From NCBI GenBank assembly GCA_002269645.1, contig NIVC01000092.1, positions 248,001 through 312,000 on the forward strand: DNA of 64,000 nucleotides, given 5' to 3'. A model generated the notes under the pieces. It saw only the letters and a list, made by a program, of their open reading frames with translations. It did not search any database and was not told the origin of the DNA. The translations under genes and the position numbers were made by a program. Within the stretch, counting starts at the first letter, position 1, and the number at the start of each line of letters is the position of its first letter. Of this stretch, positions 46,105-62,129 are shown piece after piece. The DNA comes from Macrostomum lignano. Its lineage: Eukaryota.

Positions 46105-46830
46105 TGCAGACCACTCTCAGAGGGTTGTACATGTACATTTATGAGTAGCGTACAGACCACTCTCAGAGGGTTGTACATGTACATTTATGAGTAGAGTACA
46201 GACCACTCTCAGAGGGTTGTACATGTACATGTGTGAGTAGAGTACAGACCACTCTCAGAGGGTTGTACATGTACATTTATGAGTAGAGTACAGACCACTC
46301 TCAGAGGGTTGTACATGTACATTTATGAGTAGAGTACAGACCACTCTCACGGGGTTGTACTAGTACATGTGAGTAGAGTACAGAACACTTTAAGGGTTGT
46401 ACATGTACATGTGTGAGTAGAGTGCAGACCACCGTCAGAGGGTACATGTACATGTGAGTAAAGTGCAGAGCACTGAGGTTTGTACACGTGTGAGTAGAGT
46501 GCAGACCACTCTCAGAGGGTTGTACATGTACATCTATGAGTAGAGTACAGACCACTCTCACGGGGTTGTACATTTGAGTAGAGTGCAGACCACTCTTACG
46601 GGGTTGTACATGTGAGTAGAGTGCAGACCACTCTCAGAGGGTTGTACATGTACATGTGTGAGTAGAGTGCAGACCACTCTCAGAGGATTGTACATGCACA
46701 TGTGTGAGTAGAGTGCAGACCACTCTCAGAGGATTGTACATGCACATCTATGAATAGAGTGCAGACCACTCTCAATGGGTTGTACATGCACATGTGTGAG
46801 TAGAGTGCAGACCACTCTCAGAGGGTTAAA
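46105..46830. repeat. ~46-bp minisatellite (GTACATGTACATTTATGAGTAGAGTACAGACCACTCTCAGAGGGTT)
   Basis: Visible tandem copies. Confidence 0.92.
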
Positions 46831-47842
46831 ATACAGGTGAAGCCATTTGGAGTTTTGAATATCAATATTGTTAATAGCAGAATATTCTACATGCAGTTCT
46901 GTGCAGTACCACACACCGGACCGCACAATTACCCGCATTCCCTCCTAATAAAAGCAACTGACTAAAAACATTAATACAGAAGAATATGGCGCCAGGGTTG
47001 AAAGCAATCAATCAGTCGGACCATCCTGAATCACCAGCCGGTGCCTGCGAAGATAGCGAAGATTTACGTAGCCAGTGAGTGGTACCATGCAAGCGGGCAG
47101 GTGCTTATCATATCTCTACCAGCGTACAATACACTAACACGCCAGGGCCTGCAGAGGCAGACTAAAAGTGCAATTCGCGCAAACGCTGACCTTACACGCC
47201 CCCTGTTGCAAAGGCAGAGCTGGTATCGGATAGAATCTAGTTAATCTATATTCAGATATGGTCACCTGACAGAGCGCTGAGGTGACACCCGAAAAAACAC
47301 AGCACAAGAGTTTTTTTATAGCAGAGAATTTTGTTTAGAAACTGTTAAGGCCCAACATGAACTGTGAGAGTTGTTTTCTAAAGTGGGATTATTAATTAAT
47401 TATTATTAACCGAGCGAACAGGTAGACAGACAGAGACAGTAATACATAACGTAATAAATCAAACATATTGTAATTAGTGCATTATTAACTAAACAGTTTA
47501 AGTAGAAGCTTATAATAGACAGTTCAGTCGGTGGTTTCATATCCTTCATTTTTCTACTACTAACTATCGGTCGCTAGTGAGTAGTCTGTAGCGATACTAG
47601 CATAATTTTACTAAATATAATTTTAAATACACAGACAGAGATGACCAAATACCGATTATTTTTCCAAGCAATGAACCGGGATGTGCGATGGGGGAGGGAG
47701 GCTGGATAGATGGACACACAACGGTATTGTAAATTGAAATTAGGAACAAAACATGAAACTGATAGGAGAGAAGTTAACAAAGGAAACAAACGGTTGGTTG
47801 CTACAGTCTTGTCAGTCAAACTGCAGTCAGTTAAAGAGGCAG

Positions 47843-50800
47843 TTATTCAGCGGCAGACGGGGCATCTTCTGCAGCTGCAGCTGCTGCGGTCTTCTGGCTC
47901 CACTCTGCTTTCAGGTCGCCGCCGCGCTCCTCAGCCAAGGATTTCAGCTTGGCCAGGGCCGCCTCAGCTTCGGCTCTGGTGGCGAAGTCTACCAGCAGTT
48001 CGCTGCCACCGCCGGCGCCGGGTAGATGATGATGAAGCTGAGCTTTGGCGCCAGACTGAGAGGCCAGGGTGCGGAGCAGATCTTCCACCTGGAGGGGGGG
48101 TTTCCGAAGTTCGATAGGCTCAAAATTTCACGATAGGCTCAAAATTTCACGGTAAGCTCAAAACTTCATTATAAACTAGAAATTTCACTAAAGGCTTGAA
48201 ATTTTAACGTCTAATTTTATATTTATAAATTTAGCTTCACATTTTCCCGATTCTCTACTCACCGACACACTAACTAGTAGTAAATACAGCGCATACTGAA
48301 TAAAAAAAGAGCAAACCTTATCAGCCGGTTGGCCCTGAATTCGCAAACTCTTCGACCGCTTGTCCAGCCGGGTCTGCGCGAAGTTCGGCAAGCCGCCGCC
48401 ACCGCCGCCGCCGCCTCCAGCCGTTGAGCCGCCGCCAGTGCCGCCAGACGGGCCGGCTGTTGAAGAGGCGGACGATGCCGAAGCCACCGGTAGCATTGGT
48501 TTCTGCGGCAGCCGGGCAGACAGCAGTTTGCGCACCTCGGCTAGCCGTTTCTTCTGTTCGGTCACGGTTTCCAGGCCCTCCTTCTGGAAGATTTCCAGCT
48601 CCAAGTCGAGCAGCTCTTTTTGCAAGTCGCGCAGGCTGGCATTGCCGGTGGCCACTACGCCTAAGCTGGCTTCAAGATCGCGAATCTGGGCGTTGATTGG
48701 CTTCATGGTCTCCGCTATGGAATGCCTGGACTCGGAGTCCTTGGCCTTGGCGAACAGGTTGCCCAGCTTGGCCAGGCTCTCCTTGCAGTCCTTCAGCATG
48801 CGGATCTGCTTAGCGCGCAGCTCGCGATGCGCCTTGGCCCGCTCGAGAGCCACCTTCTGGGCCTGCGGAGACGGGCGGAGTTGGGTCGGCTTGTTGGACT
48901 GTTGTCAGTGAGTTTATTGGCTAGTTTATTAGCCATTGTCAGTGAGTTTATTGGCTAGTTTATCGGCTACTATTGGTGAGTTTATTGGCTAGTTTATCGG
49001 CTACTATTGGTGAGTTTATTGGCTAGTTTATCGGCTACTATTGGTGAGTTTATTGGCTAGTTTATTGGCTACTATTGATGAGTTTATTGGCTAGTTTATT
49101 GGCTACTATTGATGAGTTTATTGGCTAGTTTATTGGCTACTATTGATGAGTTTATTGGCTAGTTTATCGGCTACTATTGATGAGTTTATTGGCTAGTTTA
49201 TCGGCTACTATTGGTGAGTTTATTGGCTAGTTTATCGGCTACTATTGATGAGTTTATTGGCTAGTTTATCGGCTACTATTGATGAGTTTATTGGCTAGTT
49301 TATCGGCTACTATTGGTGAGTTTATTGGCTAGTTTATTGGCTACTATTGGTGAGTTTATTGGCTAGTTTATTGGCTACTATTGGTGAGTTTATTGGCTAG
49401 TTTATCGGCTACTATTGGTGAGCTTATTGGCTAGTTTATCGGCTACTATTGGTGAGTTTATTGGCTAGTTTATCGGCTACTATTGGTGAGTTTATTGGCT
49501 AGTTTATCGGCTACTATTGGTGAGTTTATTGGTTAGTTTATCGGCTACTATTGGTGAGTTTATTGGCTAGTTTATCGGCTACTATTGGTGAGCTTATTGG
49601 CTAGTTTATCGGCTACTATTGGTGAGTTTATTGGCTAGTTTATCGGCTACTATTGGTGAGTTTATTGGCTAGTTTATCGGCTACTATTGGTGAGTTTATT
49701 GGCTAGTTTATCGGCCAAGTTCTGGGGTTTATGGCTGTTAGACAAATTAGTGTTTATAAGCTAGATTGGAGACCAATTGCCACTTCATCGCCATCCCCAC
49801 CCCAGCATTACCTGCAGGATCCGGGCGCTCTCCTGCTTTCGTTCGGCAGCCGCAGTGGCAGCGGCTTCCGCCGCTTTGGCCGCCGCCTCGGCGCTGTGCG
49901 GCGTCCACGTCAGCGACGCTCTTGACGGCGGCGCTCCGGCAGAATCGGCAGCGGCGGCCGATCCTGCATCCGTGGCGTCGCCGGACTCGCTTCCGTCGCC
50001 ACCAGTTGAAGTTCGACGAGGATTTGATTGGCGCCTGTTCGAGAAAGTAAAGTCGGTTCCTCATGACTGTCGAAATTATGCAAATTACTTTAAACGATAA
50101 AAACCCAACATTTAGGTTACATTTCGTATGCACATGGGTCCACACCATAGTCATTGAGGCTCCCCACATCATGGCCATTGAGGCTCCCCACACCATGGCC
50201 ATTGAGGCTCCCCACACCATGGCCACTGAGGCTCTCGACGCCACGCTTATTAAGGCTCGCGACGCCACGCTCATTGAGGCTTCATACGCTAAGATCATTG
50301 AGGCTCCATACGCTAAGATCATTGAGGCTCCATACGCTAAGATCATTGAGGCCCCATACGCTAAGATCATTGAGGCTCCATACGCTAAGATGATTGAGGC
50401 TCCATCCTCCATATGCTAAGGCCATTGAGGCTCCATACGTCAAGATCATTGAGGCTCACGAAGCCACGCTCATTGAGGCTTCATACGCTAAGATTATTGA
50501 GGCTTCATACGCAGATCATTGAGGCTCCATACGCTAAGATCATTGAGGCTCCATACGCTAAGATCATTGAGGCTCCATACGCTAAGATCATTGAGGCCCC
50601 ATACGCTAAGATCATTGAGGCTCCATACGCTAAGATGATTGAGGCTCCATCCTCCATATGCTAAGGCCATTGAGGCTCCATACGTCAAGATCATTGAGGC
50701 TCACGAAGCCACGCTCATTGAGGCTCTCGGCACTATGGTCATGAGGATAACGACCATGAGGCCCACGACATGGTCAGTGAGGCTTCCAACTCCATGATCA

Positions 50801-53800
50801 TTGAGGCTACATACGTCATGATCATTGACGGTCCCTACAAATGGGTCATTGAGGCTGCCCACTCCATGATTATTAAGGCTCCCCACCTACTGCACCGTCG
50901 AGGCTCCCGGCGCTATGGTCATGAGGCTCCCCACCTACTGCACCGTCGAGGCTCCCGGCGCTATGGTCATGAGGCTCCCCACGACACGGCCAGCGAGGCT
51001 CCGCGCTAAGGTTATTGAGGCTCCCACCATGAATAGCCCAATAGCCAATAAATGAGTCGAAAACAACAAACCTATTCTGCTGCTGCCGATTCCCCAGCCT
51101 GTCTTTAGCCGACTGCCTGGGCCCTCCGCCAGGTAGGAACAGCCGGATGAATCTATTATTAAGCACCGCCTCGGGGCTTCTATAAGCGGCCGCAGCGTCG
51201 GCCGCATTAGCGAATGTAATCTTAGCAGAGTCGGGCGTGCCGCAGCCGCCAACATCAATATCAACTACTGTGCCGAATTTGCAGAAATGCTCCAACAGAG
51301 AGTCTGCATTGTTTAACGATGCTGGCACCTTGCGCAGCTCCAGTGTGCAGGATTGAACTGGCTGCTGCTGCTGCTGTTGGAATGCTCGACTGTTATTGTT
51401 ATTCCCGGTAGATGAAGGGTCGCTAGCGACCACGGTAACTACAGCTGATTGAGGCTGCTGCGGCAGCGGCGGCGGCGGCTGGACAATTCTTTGCGGCTGC
51501 GTTGACGTAGCTTGTGAGGCTTCATCTGCTGGCTGAGACCGGGTATGTTGAGTCTGTTGCTGGCGATTGTGATGAAGAGCCGGCTGATGCTGCTGCTGGC
51601 TAACCATTGTTGGCTGCGCGCTGATTGGCTGGCTTGGTGCCGTCACCTGATTAGCGATTAAGGAGGATGAAAGCGACTTAGATATACCTACTGATTGATA
51701 ATTTAGCAGCTTGACAGGCGTCTTGACAACTCCACTGGTTAAGATTTCAGGTGGGAGCTGCCACTCCCCCCAGATCCTTCAGGTGGGAGCTGCCACTCCC
51801 CCCCCCAGATCCTTCAGGTGGGAGCTGCCACTCCCCCCCCCCAGATCCTTCAGGTGGGAGCTGCCACTACCCCCCCCCAGATCCTTCAGGTGGGAGCTGC
51901 CGCTCCCCCCCCCCAGATCCTTCAGGTGGGAGCTGTCACTACCCCCCCAGATCCTTCAGGTGGGAGCTGCCACTACCCCCCCCAGATCCTTCAGGTGGGA
52001 GCTGCCACTACCCCCCCCAGATCCTTCAGGTGGGAGCTGCCACTCCCCCCCCCCCAGATCCTTCAGGTGGGAGCTGCCGCTCCCTCTCTCCCCAGATCCT
52101 TCAGGTGGGAGCTGCCACTCCCCCCCAGATCCTTCAGGTGGGAGCTACCGCTCCCTCTCTCCCCAGATCCTTCAGGTAGGAGCTGCCGCTCCCTCTCTTC
52201 CCAGATCCTTCAGGTGGGAGCTGCCGCTCCCTCTCTCCCCAGATCCTTCAAGTAGGAGCTGCCACTACCCCCCCCCCAGATCCTAAGGTGGGAGCTGCCG
52301 CTCCCTCTCTCCCCAGATCCTTCAGGTAGGAGCTGCCGCTCCCTCTCTTCCCAGATCCTTCAGGTGGGAGCTGCCGCTCCCTCTCTCCCCAGATCCTTCA
52401 GGTAGGAGCTGCCACTACCCCCCCCCAGATCCTTCAGGTGGGAGCTGCCGCTCCCTCTCTCCCCAGATCCTTCAGGTAGGAGCTGCCACTCTCCCCCAGA
52501 TCCTTCAGGTGGGAGCTGCCACTCCCCCCCAGATCCTTCAGGTGGGAGCTGCCACTACCCCCCCCCAGATCTTTCAGGTGGGAGCTGCCACTACCCCCCC
52601 CCCAGATCCTTCAGGTGGGAGCTGCCGCTCCCTCTCTCCCCAGATCCTTCAGGTAGGAGCTGCCACTCCCCCCCAGATCCTTCAGGTGGGAGCTGCCACT
52701 CCCCCCCCAGATCCTTCAGGTGGGAGCTGCCACTCCCCCCCCCAGATCCTTCAGGTGGGAGCTGTCACTACCCCCCAGATCCTTCAGGTGGGAGCTGCCA
52801 CTACCCCCCCAGATCCTTCAGGTGGGAGCTGCCACTACCCCCCCCCAGATCCTTCAGGTGGGAGCTGCCACTCCCCCCCCAGATCCTTCAGGTGGGAGCT
52901 GCCACTCCCCCCCCAGATCCTTCAGGTGGGAGCTGCCACTCCCCCCCCCCAGATCCTTCAGGTGGGAGCTGCCACTCCCACTCCCCCCAGATCCTTCAGG
53001 TGGGAGCTGCCACTCCCCCCAAATCCTTCAGGTGGGAGCTGCCACTCCCCCCTCAGATCCTTCAGGTGGGAGCTGCCACTCCCTCTCTCCCCAGATCCTT
53101 CAGGTGGGAGCTGCCACTCCCCCCCCCCAGATCCTTCAGGTGGGAGCTGCCGCTCCCTCTCTCCCCAGATCCTTCAGGTAGGAGCTGCCACTCTCCCCCC
53201 AGATCCTTCAGGTGGGAGCTGCCACTCCCCCCCCAGATCCTTCAGGTGGGAGCTGCCACTACCCCCCCAGATCTTTCAGGTGGGAGCTGCCACTACCCCC
53301 CCCCAGATCCTTCAGGTGGGAGCTGCCGCTCCCTCTCTCCCCAGATCCTTCAGGTAGGAGCTGCCACTCCCCCCCAGATCCTTCAGGTGGGAGCTGCCAC
53401 TCCCCCCCCCAGATCCTTCAGGTGGGAGCTGCCACTCCCCCCCCAGATCCTTCAGGTGGGAGCTGTCACTACCCCCCAGATCCTTCAGGTGGGAGCTGCC
53501 ACTACCCCCCCCAGATCCTTCAGGTGGGAGCTGCCACTACCCCCCCCCCCCAGATCCTTCAGGTGGGAGCTGCCACTCCCCCCCCCAGATCCTTCAGGTG
53601 GGAGCTGCCACTCCCCCCCCAGATCCTTCAGGTGGGAGCTGCCACTCCCCCCCCCAGATCCTTCAGGTGGGAGCTGCCACTCCCACTCCCCCCAGATCCT
53701 TCAGGTGGGAGCTGCCACTCCCCCCAAATCCTTCAGGTGGGAGCTGCCACTCCCCCTCAGATCCTTCAGGTGGGAGCTGCCACTCCCTCTCTCCCCAGAT

Positions 53801-56086
53801 CCTTCAGGTGGGAGCTGCCACTCCCTCTCTCCCCAGATCCTTCAGGTGGGAGCTGCCACTCCCCCCCCAGATCCTTCAGGTGGGAGCTGCCACTCCCCCC
53901 CCAGATCCTTCAGGTGGGAGCTGTCACTACCCCCCCAGATCCTTCAGGTGGGAGCTGCCACTACCCCCCCCCAGATCCTTCAGGTGGGAGCTGCCACTAC
54001 CCCCCCCAGATCCTTCAGGTGGGAGCTGCCACTACCCCCCAGATCCTTCAGGTGGGAGCTGCCACTCCCCCCCCCCCAGATCCTTCAGGTGGGAGCTGCC
54101 ACTCCCCCCCCCAGATCCTTCAGGTGGGAGCTGCCACTCCCCCCCCCCCAGATCCTTCAGGTGGGAGCTGCCACTCCCACTCCCCCAGATCCTTCAGGTG
54201 GGAGCTGCCACTCCCCCAAATCCTTCAGGTGGGAGCTGCCACTCCCCCCTCAGATCCTTCAGGTGGGAGCTGCCACTCCCTCTCTCCCCAGATCCTTCAG
54301 GTGGGAGCTGCCACTACCCCCCCCAGATCCTTCAGGTGGGAGCTGCCGCTCCCTCTCTCCCCAGATCCTTCAGGTGGGAGCTGCCACTCCCTCTCTCCCC
54401 AGATCCTTCAGGTGGGAGCTGCCACTCCCTCTCTCCCCAGATCCTTCAGGTGGGAGCTGCCACTCCCTCTCCCCAGATCCTTCAGGTGGGAGCTGCCACT
54501 CCCTCTCTCCCCAGATCCTTCAGGTGGGAGCTGCCACTCCCTCTCCCCAGATCCTTCAGGTGGGAGCTGCCACTCCCTCTCTCCCCAGATCCTTCAGGTG
54601 GGAGCTGCCACTCCCTCTCTCATCAGATCCTTCAGGTGGGAGCTGCCACTCTCTCTCTCCCCAGATCCTTCAGGTGGGAGCTGCCACTCCCTCTCTCCCC
54701 AGATCCTTCAGGTGGGAGCTGCCACTCCCTCTCTCATCAGATCCTTCAGGTGGGAGCTGCTCACAGGCCTACAGCGCCACCCCTTGAAAACAAACTCCCA
54801 TTGAGGCGATAAAAAGATTTTTTTGAGCATCGCACCATCATAGCACCAGTGGAAAGACCCTGGCCAGACATCATCTGATTGGGCGGCAGCTGAGACTGCG
54901 GCGGGTGCATAATTCCGGGAAAATATTTGCCATAGTTGGGATCGCCAGGCGGAAAAGTCATCGGATGGGCGCCGTGGTCGTACGGGCAGGCCGCGCCAAG
55001 CATGCAGACGCCTTTCTCGTCGAAATCGCGACAACGCAGACGCTGCTGCTGGTGCGGTGGCGGCGGCTGGGGCGGCAGCATCATGGGCATGGACTGTTGC
55101 GGATAGAAGCCCGGACCAGTGGACACTGGCGGCATCGGCTGAATCATCTGATGCTGCGGCGGCGGCGGCAAAGGCGGCGGCAGGAACGGCATGGGAGGCT
55201 GACCGTGATGCTGATAGCCCTGGGCAGACACCATCGGGACCTGAGCCGGGTGTCGCTGGTGCTGCGTCAACTGCTGCAAGCCCTGGTGCTTCTGATGATG
55301 CTGCTGCCTAGTAGAAGAGGCTGCAGAAGAGTTTCCTGCCCTAGCATTGATGGTGCTTCGCAAATCTTTTGGCGGAGTCTGCTGAGCCGCGGCATGAGGC
55401 GGCCGCTGCTGCTGCTGCTGCTTGGCACCCGCAGACACTCGGGAAATTTTGGACTCCGACGGCTGCGACTGCTGCTTGTCATTGCTGGAGGATGCTGCAG
55501 TTTCGGAATCGCCAGATGTGGAGGCTTTGCGCTTCTGCGCTGCTGCAGGCGGCGGCTGGGGCTTCTGTTGCTGCTGCTGCTGCTGACTGCTTGCTGCACT
55601 GCTGACAGATGATGGAGCAGACTGAGAAGCAGTGGAGGCTGGAGTAACACTCGCTGGAGTTGGAGCAGGCGCAGACACCTTCAAGTAGCTCTCATCTTTG
55701 AGCACTTGAAAGAGTTTCTCCACGAATTCAAGAGTGTCTGGACAATGCAAATGGGATGGATTTATTTAAAATCTGTTACAATATGAAACTGATTATTTCT
55801 GAGCAAATAATCCAACTTACTTTCTTGGAAGAAAACATCCAACTGGTCATTGCAGATACTTTTGAGCTCTTTTTCATCCTTGTCCTTTTTTAACAGAGCC
55901 AAGACATACTTGGACAAAGGGTAAGGATCAGCATCACATCTAAAATTGAAAAATGAAATGTTTGCAAAGCTATATCTAGATACCTTTACTGAAAATTCTC
56001 AAAATTAAATTGAATAAAGAAACTTACATTGGCTGAATACTTGTAATAAGCCAAGCTTTAAAGCTTTCAAGGTTTGCAATATGCAT
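47843..56086 (-). CDS. RBM26: RNA-binding protein 26/27 (PWI, CCCH zinc finger, RRM, coiled coil, RRM); exons 56086-56028, 55939-55821, 55737-54836, 51646-51072, 50034-49812, 48862-48317, 48088-47843
   Basis: MHIANLESFKAWLITSIQPI|CDADPYPLSKYVLALLKKDKDEKELKSICNDQLDVFFQE|NTLEFVEKLF (PWI); RCRDFDEKGVCMLGAACPYDHG (CCCH); TLELRKVPASLNN...EAVLNNRFIRLF (RRM1). All phases are consistent; the donor at 54835 is the least certain. Confidence 0.93.
48905..49715. repeat. 34-bp minisatellite (GTGAGTTTATTGGCTAGTTTATCGGCTACTATTG)
   Basis: RBM26 intron. Confidence 0.95.
50150..51010. repeat. 24-bp degenerate minisatellite (ATTGAGGCTCCATACGCTAAGATC)
   Basis: RBM26 intron. Confidence 0.9.
51737..54740. repeat. 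~32-35-bp minisatellite with a variable C-tract (CAGATCCTTCAGGTGGGAGCTGCCACTCCCCCC), ~90 copies
   Basis: Fills the 3.2-kb RBM26 intron. Confidence 0.97.
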
Positions 56087-58082
56087 GTTTATAGATTGTT
56101 TAGACTAAATGTTTTTTTGAAATAAAATATTAACTTTATTAATTTCTTTTTTTAGATTTTTTATAAGATTATTTTCAATATCTAACCATTATTTTAAATA
56201 TCTTTAATTAAAATATTAAGTGATAAGTCTTTAGAACTTAGATAGTTTTTCAAAATCTTTGCTTACTTAGAATAAATCAAACTATTAAAGTAGAGATATT
56301 TAATTGTATGTAACTTGTAATTTATAAAATAAAATTAACCTTCTTTTATTTATTAAAAACTGTTAGATAGATTTTTATTTGTATTTTGGCTTTAATTAGT
56401 TGTTTGATTTTAAGGAAATATTAAATTATGCTATTAGTATTAATTAAGCCTAGTTATACAGAAGCTTTTATAGCAATAATAGGCTTGGACTAAGTATAAA
56501 GTAGGCCTATAGTAATTACAATAGGCCTATCAGATTAGTTTTAAAAAAATTAATATTAAAGCCTAATTTATAAGTTGCAGATTACTGTTTTTACAAGGAA
56601 ATTAATCTAGGCCCTCTATAGCTTATATTTGATAATTATCAATCAGCTTATAATATTTAGACTATTGGCCTTTGCTAAGGTTTATAAGACAATATAATAA
56701 TTTGTTATTTAAAGGGTGCAACTTTAGGAAGACAAAAAGGCACAATTAATAGGCCACTTATCTAACTTTGTTTGATTTCTTCAGGGGGCCTAATCTCTAG
56801 ATATATTGATTGATAGGATAGAATACGCTTTATAAATTATGAATCCTAATAGTACTAAGCCTTTAATCTTTGTTTTAGTGAATTTTAGACAAAAGAACTG
56901 AGCCTACTACTATGCCTATCTAGGCTACTAGGCATATACAGTATAGGACTACCAGTACCAATAAGGCCTAGGAACTTAGGAATGGATTTGCAACTTGCTG
57001 ACCTTTTTGGGTTGGTGCTTACTCTCACTGCTAAGTGCTAATGTCTTGTCCTTGGCCGTTGGCCAATCTAGATAATTCAAAAAGCGTTTAGCCAATTTAT
57101 CAAGAAATTATATTCACAGTCCACTGAGTCTATGCGTGACAGACGGGCAGACAGGTCTTTAGCCTGTAATGTAATCATACAAGTAACAAATGTATTTTAA
57201 GTTTTAAATTTTCGAAAACTTTCAGTTCAGAATTGTTCATACGGCTAATACGATATGAAGTTGCTTTTTATATTCTAGAATTGTAACATTAACCTTAATT
57301 ATTAACCTTCATGCATAGGTGCCAGTGTAGCACTTACTACAGCTGCTAAGATAAGCTTGGCTGTCAAGGCTTGCTGATGAACAGGCCGCAGCAGCTAGAT
57401 AATATCTAAGATTTACGTTGTTTTTATATTTATAGTAAATTTCGATTTTTTCTAAGCAAAAGTAAATAAGCAAGGCTAAAGTTTTTAAAAATTAAATAAA
57501 AAAGTATACCTCAAGGGACATCCTAGTTTTCGTTCTAATCTGTAAACACCGGACAACTTCGTACAAAAAGCGCGGGCTCGTGTTAAGTTGTGGTTGTGGC
57601 AGGCGGTCGATTTGTGACCATCGTCACTTAATCTAATCTTAATGGTTAAAGCAACGCAGCGTGGATTATGATGAATGCAGAATGTTGGAAACAAAGCGTA
57701 GGTATATGACGTAAATCACATTACATTTATTTTTATTTGTTGATTATTTTTATTTGTTGATTAAGGGAACACCAAAATATCCTTTTTAAAAAAAGGGATT
57801 TTTCATTGTCACTTTGTCAGTACTTGAAGAATGTGTGTAGTGTAGGCCTATCATTCGTGTAATGACAATGTATCAGACTCAGAAAATATAAATATAATCT
57901 ATGACTATATTGGATCACTTTGTCTTTGAAACTTTGTTTACTAACTTTACTAATACTATGCCTTTAATTCCAAAGAGGTAGATATTATAGTAAAGCATTT
58001 TTTAGCTATTTAGATATCAAAATGTATATTGTGCAGATTTTTTTACTCTGACTATGCCCTATGTGTAGGCTAGTGTAATTTA

Positions 58083-58617
58083 CAGGGTTCCACAACCTGG
58101 AAAAACCTAGAAAGGAAACGCCCACAAACAAAAGAAAAAACCAAAAAATAGACCAATGTGGGAGGGGAACCTGGAATTATCATTCTTCCCATGATCTGTG
58201 TAATGTAAAACTGGAAATAGACTATAATTTAGTAATGCATGCCATAATGCTATATGATGTGATAGAAACTTTGGTATAAAAAATGTTGCTACCATGTTAT
58301 AGTATGTTACAAATAAAATCTCTCTTGTATAGGGCCTAGTTATATTTTTATTAAGTTGTATAGGCCTATTTATAGCAAAAGTCTTATATTATACTTTTAA
58401 TTTTGTTTTTCAGTTAGTATAATACAAGAAATAAATAATCTAAATAATCTATGAAATATATAATATATCTTTCGTAGTAAGAAACACTAAATCAAGAAAC
58501 ATTGCTGCATATATACATTTTGTTTTATAAAGCTCCACTGGGTAGCAACCTGGAGCTTTACTTATTTGAACCTGGAAAAACCTGGAAATTGATATTGAAT
58601 TTCGCGCAGACACCCTG
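58083..58617. mobile_element. Possible old hAT-like MITE
   Basis: Ends CAGGGT / ACCCTG with subterminal AACCTGGAAAAACCT repeats near both ends; TSD not intact. Confidence 0.35.
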
Positions 58618-60672
58618 TGTAAAGCTGCCCTGCCACTAGGTACTAGCTTAGGCCTAGGCCTAATATATATAGACCACTATTTTATCAAAGATATAATAAT
58701 ATATCTAGAATTAAAAATATGAATTCATTTTGCCTTGTCCCTTTAGGGAAAAAAAACTTGAGACAAGGGTAGGCCTATGGCTTAGGCCTAATAATAGCTC
58801 AATAATGATTAAACAAGTAGGCCTATTTATTAGATTAAATGCTATGCTTAGTTGTTTCAATTTGTTTGATTTGATCCTAGCCTACAAGATAATCATTTGA
58901 CAAAGCCTAGTATAGGATAGTGTGAAATTGCAATTTTCAGTAGCCTTGCCAACAGCTGTTTTGACATATGGTACCAACCTTTAATATTACCAGTTCCATA
59001 TTTTCACATCTGCTTAAAGTAGTGCCTTAGGAATTTTAATCAACTGCGTACAATTGTAAACTCTGCATTCAGCGCATGATCAATAATTTCTATTCCTGTT
59101 TTTCGTAGTTAGCCAATAGAAATATGCCGCATTAATTATACTAATTTCTCTCGCGTGTCACCCCCCCAGCCTGGTCCTTATCAGTTCTGTCTGGCCATGC
59201 ACTTGGGGTCTTTCACTCCTTCCCGCGGCTCCACTCCGCTCTACTTAGCTCCGCTGCCACCCTTGTAAGCCCATGTAGTCTGTAGGCCCTGGCCACCTCT
59301 ACTTTGTTTTTCTCTCTCTGCCTCACTTTGCCACGGCTTAAGCTATGCCTTTGTCAGCCTCAGTCACGCCACTCCTGTTTGTCAAGCTCTCACTATGAGC
59401 ACCGCCATTATATATCCTCCGCCATTATTTTGCCACCATAGTCTCAGACTTATCAACCTACTCAGCCTTCCACCAATTAATTTATTGTTGCATAGCCATC
59501 AGTGCATCATGTACATAATTCAACCAATACTTTGACCTGCCTCTGTTGATTATAAATAATAAACAAAGTCCGCAGCCATTGCCCACATCAATAATTGCCA
59601 TCATTGCCAAGTGCTACCACTATTAATTTGCCTCTGCCATATTTGCCTTCATCGATTATTTCCAAGGCCCGCACACGTATATCGTCACAGATAGGCCTAT
59701 TAATAGCATGAAAAGGTAAACAAAATAAATAGTATAATTAGTAGCTATATAAAAAAATTGTATTTTTCCCATATAAGTTTCAATGCTAACTTGGCAATAT
59801 TTTAGGAAGAGTTATCAAGCACATGTACAAACAACATCAACATGTCAGTTTTAGTATTAAGTATTAGGCCTAAATGCAAAAATATTATATTAGGAGAAGC
59901 ATAAGTCATGAATAGAGTATAAAATTTAGTTTTAAAATAATCAATTTAAATAGGCAATGGTAGCCTTACTACTAATATTGTACTTGTAGTGACAACCAAA
60001 GTTCTAATATTGTATAGGCTATCTTAGCTATATTGAGCTTAGTTAGGGAATAAATAATAGCACATCTACTATATGGCCCTATTGTAGCAAAGATCTAAAC
60101 TATACCAGATACCTCTCCTATATATGCCCCACACCCTTACCCTATGGTATATTTCTATTAATAATTAGTATGTCATGTTGCTCTGCAGTATTTTTTGTAT
60201 GATTTCCACTGTAGCCTATATAGCTATTGTTTGATTACAATGCAAGATCAGACTAAGTTTACCAAATTAGTCTTAATGTTCATAAATAAAGGCAAATATT
60301 TTTTATATAATCAGTTAGTATAGTAGTATTGATGGAGTCATTCAGTATAGCAATTTTATAGCTCAGCTAATAGTTTAAAATGCCTTTAGGGTAAAATTTA
60401 AAACACGTAACTGCTCTATTTCTGAATTGTATTTTACACTTTGATTATTGAGATCCCGATCCTTCAGTGACCCATCTGAAAGCCTTCTGAATCCAATCTC
60501 ATAGTCAACATGAGGTAGATGAGATAAAAATTTTAGGATTGTATGCAATTGGATTCCAATTTTTGTTGGGATCCTGGGATTTTGAGATCAAAGAAGTGGG
60601 ATCATGATCCCTATCTATTGTATCAAAAATACAATATTACCAAATTGTGTTTTATGCATGATTGCCAGCTAA

Positions 60673-62077
<1,405 letters not shown>

Positions 62078-62129
62078 TTCTCTAGCTAATAGTTTTACTT
62101 CGTTTATATTTTCTGTCTTTTATCAATGA

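Noticed and set aside
46985-47250. Short ORF MAPGLKAIN... or an LTR primer-binding site (TGGCGCC)
   Set aside because: Only 30 codons, no LTR pair and no downstream exon identified.
50063-51009. IIEAPYAK octapeptide repeat ORFs
   Set aside because: Antisense to and inside an RBM26 intron; a 24-bp satellite interrupted by stops.
51711-54812. 400-630 aa Pro-rich ORFs
   Set aside because: Translations of the C-tract satellite that cycle through all frames; intronic.
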